A DNA stretch of 64,000 nt from Octopus vulgaris (taxonomy: Eukaryota). How positions within the stretch are numbered: the stretch's first letter is position 1; every line of letters begins with the position of its first letter. The notes beneath the pieces were generated by a model that saw only the letters and a program-made list of their open reading frames with translations, ran no database searches and had not been told where the DNA came from. The DNA is taken from assembly GCA_951406725.2 (NCBI GenBank), contig OX597819.1, forward strand, positions 64,852,001 to 64,916,000, given 5' to 3'. Made by a program: the position numbers and the translations under genes. This document shows, in pieces, positions 53,222 to 64,000 of this stretch.

Positions 53222-54992
53222 TCAACGAGGAGTTTGCATATTAAGTTGTGTTTGGAATTTTTCAATAAAGAGATTCTCCTTGTTAATTCTCTCCTGTGTG
53301 GTGATCCCGTCTTTACATTGGTAGAAGGGGAATATATAGAATTTGGGATTTAAGTCTTTAGCACATGAGTCTAAGTGGTCACTCAGTGGAATTTGTCGGT
53401 ATTCCGGGAGATTTATTTGTTCTTTATGCACCGTTACTCGTTTACGTAACGGGAGACTCGTTTGTCCAACATAATTATGTTGGCAACCAGCGCATGTGAG
53501 AACGTAGATAAGGTTCTCGGAGGAACAGGAGAAGTTAGTCTTGATTTTAAACTTCGTACCTTGTTTGAAGGTAAATTCAGAGCCTTCAAGTAGAAAGGGG
53601 CAGGTACCACAGTTTGAGCGTGCACATTTTTTTACTGTTGGGGGTGGATGTGGTGTGTGAAGTTTGGCATTTGTCAAGAGTTTTTTTAAAGATTTGTGTT
53701 GCCTTTTGCATTTGAGGATTTTGTGTGTATTTATAATGTTTTTCATTTTTGGGTCTGTTGACAGTAGACTGAGGTTTTGTATGATTGTGGTGTATGCTTC
53801 GATATTTTTGGGGTTGTGGGTGGAAATGTATGGAAGTATTTTGAGGTTGTGTGTGGTGTTAGGTTGGGTGGTTTTCAGTGTAGTGTTGTCTAGTTCTTTG
53901 GCGCGTTTTATTCCATACTCTATAAGGGTGGAGGGATATTGACGTTGTAATAGTGTTTTTTTGAGGTCTTGAAGGCGTATTTCTCGTGTTTTTGGATCCG
54001 AGACAATGGTGCATACCCTTTTAGCTAAATTGAAAGGGATATTTGTCTTGGTGTGTTTTGGGTGGCATGAACTAAAGAGGAGGTATTGTTGTGAGTCTGT
54101 AGGTTTGTGGTAGATGTCTGTTATGATTTGGTTCTTAGGTGTTTTTATAATTAGGAGATCAAGGAATGGGAGATGATGTTTGCTTAATTCCATAGTGAAT
54201 TGGATGTTGGGATGTATGTTGTTTAGTATGGTTTTGAATTCCAGGAGTTTTTCATAAGGTTCTTTCCATATGATGAAACAATCATCTAAATACCTTTTCC
54301 AGTTTTCCATTAGGTAGGTGTGGAAAACATGTCCAAATTTCTGGCTTGATATTTCATAGAGTGACAGTTCGAAGTAACCCATTATGAGGTTCGCAAGGAC
54401 TGGTGCAGCCTTGGTACCCATCGCAATGCCACATTTTTGACGGTAGTGTGTGTCGTCGAAGAGAAAAAAATTGTTTGTCAGAATGAACTTAAGAGATTCT
54501 GTAATAAAAGACTTGTTAATGCGGTCAGGGAATGTCTCTGGGTGTTTTCTAGCCAGAAGTCAATTGCCTCTATACCATACTCATGTGGAATGTTGGTGTA
54601 GAGGTTGATGACATCAAAGGATACCAGGAGTGCCTCCTCGTTAACTGTTTTCGGGAGGTGTTTGAGCATGTCCAGATCATCCCTAATGAAACTTTTGATG
54701 TGGGTAAGGAAAGGTTTCAAAAGGATGTCTAGGAAGTTACTCAGGCGGTGTGTTTCACAGGAGGTACCAGCCACGATGGGCCTTAGTTTTAGGTCCTCCG
54801 GTGCTTTGATGTTGATGTGGATGTCAGTGGAGAGTTTGCAGGCTTCGGTGATGTATTTGTTTTTATGGATTTTAGGAAGGCCATAAAAAAGGCTGGGCTT
54901 GCATTTGAAAATGGTGATATAATCCCTTTCTTTTTCTGTGAGTCCCTGACCGTGTTGGCGTATGAGTGTGGTGAGGTTTCTGATTGTTTTTT
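53222..54992 (-). pseudogene. Penelope RT-GIY-YIG polyprotein, N-terminally truncated, single frameshift near 54548
   Basis: FYGLPKIHK, LRPIVAG, LVSFDVINLYTNIP, GIAMG, RYLDD, LPFLD, YHKPT, CGTC, NLIYVLTC..YVGQT; about 590 codons. Confidence 0.92.
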
Positions 54993-55192
54993 CCTATGGT
55001 CTTTTCCGAGGCGGGTATCGAGGCGTTTATGTCTTTCGTGGTGTTGCAGAATTTAGTTAAGTGTCTGCAGAAGGAAGACGCGTCGTTCCTTTAGTCGGAC
55101 ATGAAATCCTTAGACTATGCTGCCAATGAAACAATTGTTGCATTTGGAGCATCGTATCTGGTATAATACATTTTAGTTTTGAGAATATATAC

Positions 55193-55226
<34 letters not shown>

Positions 55227-55424
55227 CGTGAGTTTGTCTTTATGAGAGAGAGAGAAACAGAAAGAACAAGAGACAAACAGCCTGAAAGAGTGAGGGACAG
55301 ACAGAGAGACAGGCAGACAGAAATGGTCCCATTCAAATTTGAGACGAAATATATTAAAGGTCAATGCATTTCAATCGGAGCTAATAATCATAACACTGGT
55401 CTCTACTATACTGCTTTTAGACCA

Positions 55425-55496
<72 letters not shown>

Positions 55497-55526
55497 TTAT
55501 TTATATATACACACATATATATATAT

Positions 55527-55687
55527 AGGCACAGGAGAAGCTGTGTGGTAAGTAGCCTGCTTAACAACCACTTCGTTCCAGGTTCAATCTCACTGCCTGG
55601 CGCCTTGAGAAAGTTCCTTCTACTATAGCCTAGGACCGACCAAAGCCTTCTGAGTGTATTTTGTAGACAGAAACTTAAAGGAACAAA

Positions 55688-55700
<13 letters not shown>
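55527..55700 (+). mobile_element. SINE family A, 5' half
   Basis: GGCACAGGAGAAGCTGTGTGGTAAGTAG through GTAGACAGAAACT then (TA)n. Confidence 0.8.
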
Positions 55701-55753
<53 letters not shown>

Positions 55754-56854
55754 ATGTGTGTTTGTGCGTGTGTGTATCTATGTATGTATGTATGTATGTA
55801 TGTATGTATGTATGTATCTCTTCACAAGTCATACATATTCCTTAGTGTAGCGTTTAAAAATATGTGTCATATTATGTAACATTATTACATTTTTGTTACA
55901 AGTGCAGCCGAGTTCAAAGCAGTAGTATTAAATTCTTATCTCAATTTGTTTGCTTATTATTTTAGTACGACATATACGGCATTCAAAGAAGATTTCAGTG
56001 ATGTTTAGAGGAAAACAGTTTATACGATCGTATAAAATTTATTTATTAATGTAGACATAGCTTATTGTTACACAACGATATTGTTACTGAAATTTTATTG
56101 AGTAGAGGATCTGTAGCCATAAATATTTATGATGCTTCTGCCAGTCAAATTTGACACACTTTTTCTGTTTATGCTTTGGCTTTCTTTTATATATTTCATA
56201 TAATTTCAAGTGGAGTGTCGTGTCTACGTTTCCATACACAGTTGTTTAAACCTTACAGAATCTCGTAAGAAGTACACATACGGATCGTATATATTTCCAC
56301 TGTCTAATATAGACTTCGGTTTCCTTAAAGGAAATGTATGTATTGAAAAGTTTTTGAAGTTTAGAAATGTTATATATTTATTGTTCGATAAAAAATCAAT
56401 ACCGCAAAAAAATTTGACTTTCGCAAATGAAATACAATACTCTCTATATGCCTACTTTTCTATATGCATTCATATACGTCTCACCAGCACGATGGTTACA
56501 ATTTAGAATTCACAGCTGATCGACGTAGCTCCGCCAAATGAGATTATCCATGGATCTGTATTTCGTGAATATAATACTAATTTTATTGGTATATTTTTTA
56601 CTATACACATTTTTCAACCTTTGTAGTTAGTTACTCAAATTGCTAGTAGTTTTGGGGTCCTAGTTGTTTACGATGACTTCCAGTTCATAGTACAATCTAA
56701 AGTAATATTCCGAGAAAATTTTTGCTACAAGTCCGAAGTCTAGCTTGCTATTTTTTAAAAATGTTCTTGTGATAATTTTATTCATTCTTCTGGCGATCCT
56801 GAGAAACTACCTATATTAACGCATATACATATATACATACACACACACACACTT

Positions 56855-56935
<81 letters not shown>

Positions 56936-56964
56936 CATGCATGCATACATAAACAGACATATAT

Positions 56965-57420
56965 ATCTTTTATTCTTTGCTCTCTCACTTGTGTCAGTCG
57001 TTAGACTGTAGCTATGCTAAGGCGCCATCTTGAAGAATTTTTATGGAACGAATCGATCCCAGTACTTATTTCTATTCTAAGGCTAGTACTCGTTCTATTT
57101 GTGTCTTTTGCGGAACCGGTAAGTTACGGAAAGGTAAAGAGACCAACACCGGTTGTCAAGTGGTAATGGGGTACAAACACAGACGCGAAGACACACATAC
57201 ACAAATACACACATTCACACACACACACACACACACACTCACACATATATATATATATATATGTACAACGGGATTCTCTCAGTTTCCATGTCTCAAACTC
57301 ATTATCGTGGCTTTGGTCGGCAAGAGGTTGTAGTACAAGTCCCTTGATTCTGAAACCATGGAAGAAAACTGAACCCGGATCAAGAGGTTGGGAAGCGTCA
57401 TTCTTAACAAACAACACAAA
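56965..57420 (-). mobile_element. SINE family A, diverged
   Basis: Reverse complement tail, (CA)/(TA) middle and ACTGAACCCGG head. Confidence 0.75.
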
Positions 57421-59380
57421 TTCATACGTATGCTTGTTATGTATATATATATATACGCCTAATAAACATTCTATATTTTCATTGATATCCTATTTAACTT
57501 CAAAATTACTCTTTTCTTCTCTATGTATGTTTCGCATATTAATTTTTTTCCATTCCATTTCAAACAAAGAAATAAACATTTTTTTACTATACGTTGAACT
57601 TTAGGAAAGCATCAAATCACTTTACTTTTCAACATACAAATGTTATTTGTATGGTTGCTGAAAGTAGTTGTTTTCTTTGCCTGAAAATCTTTGCTTTCCC
57701 AGATTGTTACTCAAAGATATATCAATAGATACAGGTGCACTAATAACTATTGATGCAAAAATGAATTCACAATGAGATGGGAGAAGCTGCAATTTTTGAA
57801 GCTGTTGTCAATAAATTCACGGCTTCTGAAGTTATAAAAAGAATTTTACATTTCAAGGCCGCCTGTCATCTACGACAGTGCATGTTTGTTTTCATTTCTC
57901 TCTGAAAGAAAGAGACCAGAACAGTTATATTTGCTATCGGACGAAATCTTTATGCGACAGTTCCACAATAACTTTCTCTGCTGGAGTGCATGTATGTATT
58001 CGTTAATAGGAGAATTACCTAGACTTGTTCTGCGCCAAACTTTATATATTCTATATCAAAAATAAAATAAACGGTACTTGCACAACGTTTGGGTATAACT
58101 ACAATTTCATTTGTAATATGTCCTAACTACATTTTTGGTTGTAGGTCGACGGTTAAAATACTCTTCTGTCGCTTTTGTTTGTTAAGTATTTCATAATAAT
58201 CTTGGATTGCAAAAGGATAACCTTTAACATATACCATGACCCATGGGTAATAAATTCATGTTGGTTTACCTTTTATGTTAAATATATGATCATGTTGAAG
58301 CGTATAGGAAACATGCATTATACATAATTTCTCCTGTAAAAAGGCTAATTCTCTCCAAGGTGTGGTATACTAGTCCTGCAAATTAAGTATCTTTGTGTAG
58401 AGAGTACACCTTGTGAAGACTATTAGCTGCCCGTAAGATGTTTATCACTTCACTTTTGATTACCTGTTTCTGTATTTAGTATTGCTGTCGTTTCCCAGAT
58501 GCAGTTCGAATGATAGTGTATGACCTTCAAACCTTCTGAATCTTTGTTTCACTGATAGAACATTTCTGCATCTCTATTATTGTAGAAGTGTGCAGTGGTT
58601 TTCTGGACCATATACATTCGAAAGCAATCGGAGCGGATATCCTCAGCAGACCAGACAAGCATCATAAATGTTGGTACACAAATGCATTTTGAGTTACTTT
58701 TTATAGTTTAAGAAGAAAACTCCAACAGCTTCATCTTCTTTAGCTTCATATAATATTCTCTGGTCACACTATCGTTGTTCACAGATTCTATTCATGAAAG
58801 ACGTCAACACGTATACATTCATTTCCATACTCACCGTGTGAAACAGGGATAATTTAGAGACGACGAATACAAAAAACTGTTGATTAGAAAACAGTTTTTC
58901 CACATTTAACTGTCAAATAACATCAATTCTTTCGGACACATTCCATTTCAATGACATCAGAAAATGTAACTAAACCAACCAGTCTCGCCGTTGTAAATAT
59001 TTCCAGAGTACGTCATTGCAATGTACGCAGAAATATTTCGGTGTGTGTGTCTGCATCAATTTCTATGTCTTTCCATTTCTGCTTATAACTGCCTATTTTT
59101 GTTCAATATATCAGCATGTTCTATACTTACATACATTTTCCCAACCTCTCTCTTTCTCTCTCGATGTAAATATACATATATAAGCATGTGTGTATGTACG
59201 TACACACGCACATATATACACATACATATATATATACATATTCATACATGCATATATATATATACATACGTATGTATATACTATATATATGTCTCTATAT
59301 ATATACATACATATATATATATATATATATGTATACATGTTTATATATATGTGTATATATGTATATATTTTATAAATATA

Positions 59381-59454
<74 letters not shown>

Positions 59455-60289
59455 ACTATTCTTTCCCTTCGCTATATTCTACTCGTCTCATTTGTTTCTT
59501 CTACACTTCCATGTTACTTCGTTATTTCTCACTCAACTAATTTCTTTCTGTTTTTCCCCGTTTCTTCTCCACTGTCTCATAATACATTTGCAGAAAGCTG
59601 CTTCATTTTCTGATTCTTCTAGTTTTATTCCTTATTTCTGGTGTTGTCTCTTCCTTTCTCACGGTTGAATTCGCTCGAATACTCTTTAGTAAATGTACTT
59701 TACGAATATTTGGTCGTTTGCTCAATGCTGTGTTATGTTGCTGTCAAAACCTGCAGCGAAATGTACTTTTTTTCTTTCGCTCTTCCTTTACCATTTGCTT
59801 TTCTTAAATATATCTGCTTACATACATATATACACACATACATACATACATGCATGCATATATATTATGTGTGTTTATGTATGTATGTGTACGAATGTGT
59901 CTATGCATACATAGACGAATGTCGTTTTCTGCTTGGTCTCACCAATTTCCGAGTTCTGACATGTTTTCCTATCATCTCCACTTCTTTCTTTCCTTATCAT
60001 TTCCGTTTTTAATTTTCCGTCTCTTCGTCGCCGAAGTAAATGGTTTCTTGTCTAAAACATAGTATTAAACTCTGCTCTATCCTTCTATAAGTGAGAAATA
60101 TTATAAAATCTAAGCATATTTCTACATGTAAACATAAATATATAATTTTGTAGTAAAACAGTAGATAGAAACGATAAAAAAAGATGACCGAGAGACACTA
60201 AATGTAAAAGCAAATATCAGCTAAATTATAGATAAATATTGTAGAAACACTAATCAATAGGTTGTGTGATAATCTTTAGAAAAGCCAGA

Positions 60290-61160
60290 GTTTTGTAGCC
60301 TGAAACGCAATTAGCATTGCATTATATACAAAGCTTACACACTTGGTTATGAAACGGTTCAGTACATTTTGTTTTTGGCATGTTCTGATGCTTTTGTAGT
60401 AGATTTTTGTTTTTATAAAGACAGCGAGAATTGGTGCAATTGAAAAGGACGAACACGATCGTTGATCTTCGATTAAAGCTATGTAAAATGCTCAGAATGT
60501 CAGCTTTCTTATCCATTTATGCGGCTCGACTTTGGCGGGAGGGAATGAAAGAAGGATCTGCTATCCATTTCTTGCCATATTTAGAAACAGAATACCAATA
60601 TCTTTTTCTTTCTCAAAATTGGGTGACAAAGCTTCTTCTTGTAGTAGAATGTTTTCCGCTAAGCTCACCTATGATTACTGACTGTGATAAAACTGGAGGA
60701 GTATATTTTAGATATTTATATATACTCTTTTACTTGTTTGAGTCATTTGACTGTGGCCATGCTGGAGCACCACCTTTAGTCGAGCAAATCGACACCAGGA
60801 GGTTATTTGTAAGCCTAGTACTTATTCTATCGTAATTTGATTATCTCAAGCCTTCTTATCGTAAGCTATTTCATCGCATGTACACAACTCTCCCAACTAC
60901 TTGCGTTATGGAAAGTAAGCCTAACATTTCTAAGGCGGTAGAATGTGATGTAATGAACATTTCTGTGTATGTCGCAGGTTAGCAGCTACATAAATGTTCC
61001 ATCGATGATAATCTTTTTATATTATAAGAATGGGGGTTACTGCTGCACCTACTGATGTGTCACATTTATCGCTATCAACATGGATATTTAGGTTTTATTT
61101 TATCGCTGTTAATACTATATATCTTTGTTATTGTTTTTCAATGGAACATAAAACCTTAAG
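60290..61160 (+). pseudogene. Intronless rhodopsin-class GPCR pseudogene TM1-TM5 (possibly to ~62090), interrupted by a SINE
   Basis: FVA*NAISIALY (GN with GGA>TGA inferred), YILFLACSDAFV (TM2), LCKMLR..FLSIYAA (TM3), RRICYPF, LSSPMI (TM4), KCSIDD (ECL2), FILSLLILYIFV (TM5), colinear. Confidence 0.6.
60722..60832 (-). mobile_element. SINE family A, 3' fragment
   Basis: GTCATTTGACTGTGGCCATGCTGGAGCACCACCTTTAGTCGAGC. Confidence 0.85.
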
Positions 61161-61799
61161 TGATCCACGATGCTTCACATATATACTATATCCAGCTGTT
61201 TCATACTATAATTTTAAGTTCCAGCAATCCTTTGATATCAGAAGGCTCAGGGAATTTCCTGTTTATTGCCATATGCTATCAACACCTTGTATATAAACAT
61301 TTTAACAATTGATATTCAGTTCTTCTCTATTGGAATTCACATGGGAGGGATATCTAAGCGTGTTTATCCTCCCAAACAACAACAACGATATTCTAATTTA
61401 ATAGTGGTTACACGTAGAGAATAGTGATCTTTTGAAGAGCAGTAACCCATAAAGGTTAAAATAATGATAATGATAAAAATGATAAAGATGACGTAGTTCT
61501 TCCCTAAATTTCAGTGAAGTTGACGAGGCCTCAAATGTGCAAACATTTTATTCCCTCTTGCTTGATACAAAATATCATTCGAAAACACTTCGTCCACTCC
61601 CGTGTCTTCGATTGGATAATTTACAATTTTATCTCTCTTAATTATACATTTGCGAATTATATTCGTTTACAGAAGACATATATAACATAAATCTGGAAGG
61701 GCTATGTAATTCGATCGCTAGATATAGGGAGAAAATATGCCCTAGAAATGAACGTGTCATTGTTCTTATTGGCGTACCTATTATAGATAAGCTCTGTTA

Positions 61800-62013
61800 A
61801 TCTTTTCTACTGTACGCACAAGGCCCAAGATTTGGTGGGAGGGGGGCAGTCGATTAGATTGAGCCAGTACACAGCTGGTACTTAATGTATCAACCACGAA
61901 AAGGTCAAAGGCAAAGTCGACCACGGCAGAATTTCAACTCAGAACATAAAGACAGACGAAATACCACTAAGCATTTCACCCGGCGTGCTAACGTTTCTGC
62001 CAGCTCGCCGCCT
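61800..62013 (-). mobile_element. SINE family B monomer with probable TSD
   Basis: Head and core present; ATAAGCTCT occurs on both flanks. Confidence 0.85.
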
Positions 62014-62109
62014 TACATAAGCTCTATTATTGTTGCTTCTGCTCCATCGGTTACATTGGATTATTGTACTTAAGGAAAAAGAAATTTGTTATTCTGCCAT
62101 CCTTTTCGA

Positions 62110-62190
62110 AGGCGCGTGACCCTTGTAGCTAGGGTGTTGCATTCACGTTCGCATTTTTGTGAGTTCGATTCCCGGACAGGGCGTCATGTT
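62110..62190 (+). mobile_element. tRNA-like SINE head
   Basis: GGCGCGTGACC..TAGGGTGTTGCATTCACG..GAGTTCGATTCCCGG. Confidence 0.45.
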
Positions 62191-63051
62191 TATCTCCGAT
62201 CACTCCGACATTTGACGTTGGACAGATCGGGCACCTGCGCAGGTAAGTTGGAAGAAGTGAGATAAACAGAAGCAGAAACAGTTAGTCACTCTAAGCGAAT
62301 TTTCTGTGCAGTTGTTCAGCAAACGATTGCAGAAATATACGTGTTGATCATTTCCTTAAGTATAGATTTATATCTATCCTTTACTTAACTCATTAGACTG
62401 CATCCACGAGAGGCAACTGGCTAAAGTTTAATAGAGCAAAACAACTATAGTTTACACTTTTAAGTCTGTATATATTAAATTGAGCTCTTTTGTTGAACCG
62501 CTATCGCATTGAAAATGAGAAAAAGCAATTGCGATTGTCAAACGATAGCGGAGGACAAACACCAGCAGAGACACAGACACGAGCGTACCCCTCACCCCCT
62601 CCACATAAATTAGCATATATAGTTGAGTATTACTATCAACGTTATGTATAACAGTGTTTGTTATTTTTTTGTGTCCCCAAAGCCTTTGTGAATTTGTTTT
62701 GTTTACTGCAACTGTCTTTTTGCGAAACTGTGCTTATGTCTCTCTCGGTTGTCAATCATTGTGTAACTATTAATGTTGATTGTGTTACGTTCTACAATAT
62801 CAATTGTGTTGGTCTTTAACAGGAATGGTGTGTGCAGGGGAGAAGTAGTCATAAGTGAACACGTGTAGGCGTCTTAAGTAGGGGGGGGGGGGGCAGTGTT
62901 TCGTACCATTGTTCGAGTAGTAAACCAGCTATCGATCTACTTAGATAATGCATACAGACGTAGTTACATGCACACATACACACAGACACGTATATATGTA
63001 CTTATGTATTTATATGTATATATATATACATAGAAACCTAGATAAATACTT

Positions 63052-63087
<36 letters not shown>

Positions 63088-63287
63088 GTATATATATATA
63101 TGTTTGTGTGTGTTTATATACACATGTATATATATGATTCCTAACACTACATTTTAAAGGATCCAGTACCTTCTATTTGCCCTATTATAAATTTCTATAT
63201 ATACAAGCTGTTATGCAATATTTTATCTATCTATATCTCTGTCTACCTATTCATCAATCCATACGTGTATACACACACACATATACA

Positions 63288-63376
<89 letters not shown>

Positions 63377-63410
63377 ATAAGTTTGAAAAGGAACATACTA
63401 GTTGATATAA

Positions 63411-63805
63411 ATGGAAAATGTCAAGGGAGGAAATGCTAAAATAATATAACGAAAAACATTTTAGTAACGGTTTCGGTCACTGAGACATTTTCAACTCTAA
63501 GTGTTGAAAACAATTAAATTTGTGAAAAATTAAATGAAAAGTTCCTGTCTGTCTCTATCTCTCTTGTTTACTCGTGTGGGTTCATGGTGGTACCAACAAG
63601 ACTAAACAAGAGAGACAGAAACAAGAAAAATGCCCATTGTATTTGAATACTATGCAAATATTATTTTTAAAATCTTTGCATTAATTTTTTCCCAAATTTA
63701 ATTCTTTTCCGTACTTAGAATAGAAAAAAGTCTCAATGGCCGAAGCTGGTAGTAAGATGTTTTTCATAAAATTATTTTAGCAATCTCTACTATGACTTTT
63801 TCCAT
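63411..63805. mobile_element. Old fold-back element between (TA)n tracts
   Basis: ~130-bp diverged inverted arms 63411-63541 / 63674-63805 plus inner TCTCTTGTTTA/TAAACAAGAGA stem; decayed UUGAAAA..GAAACCG hammerhead-like remnant. Confidence 0.7.
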
Positions 63806-64000
63806 ATATATATATATATACATATATAAACTTAGATAAACTTAGATATGTTTCGACCAAAGATTGATCCAGGCCATGTCTAACTTAATAGCACCACCTG
63901 ATAGGATTATTCGAATCCTGTTTAAGTCAAGTTTTGTTTAAGTTAAGTTTTATTCAAGTAGTGAGTTCTTGTTGGGTGAGTTGTATCCAATTATGGGTGG

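Larger units (their letters stand above)
52450..55060 (-). mobile_element. 5'-truncated Penelope-like retroelement
   Basis: RT + GIY-YIG coding region 53222-54992, ~770-bp 3' region with hammerhead motif, 3' end at (TA)n. Confidence 0.9.

Overview
AT-rich, microsatellite-saturated eukaryotic DNA with no intact host gene. The SINE repertoire resembles octopus (coleoid cephalopod) SINEs, which is recognition from memory and was not searched. Nearly all ORF-track entries are microsatellite or SINE read-throughs. Real content: (1) two abundant tRNA-derived SINE families. (2) A young 5'-truncated Penelope-like retroelement (RT + GIY-YIG, one frameshift) with a variant hammerhead ribozyme in its 3' end. 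(3) Several short non-coding fold-back elements carrying minimal hammerhead motifs, including a near-identical 547-bp-period retrozyme-like insertion and a tRNA-head/hammerhead-tail chimera. (4) A nest of R4/Dong-type RLE retrotransposon 3' ends and a thrice-repeated non-coding retroposon, all in (TAA)n. (5) A Helitron and Tc1/mariner derivatives. (6) Much of the remaining unique-looking DNA appears to be decayed intronless rhodopsin-class GPCR pseudogenes. Coordinates were counted by eye, and boundaries of degenerate features are approximate.
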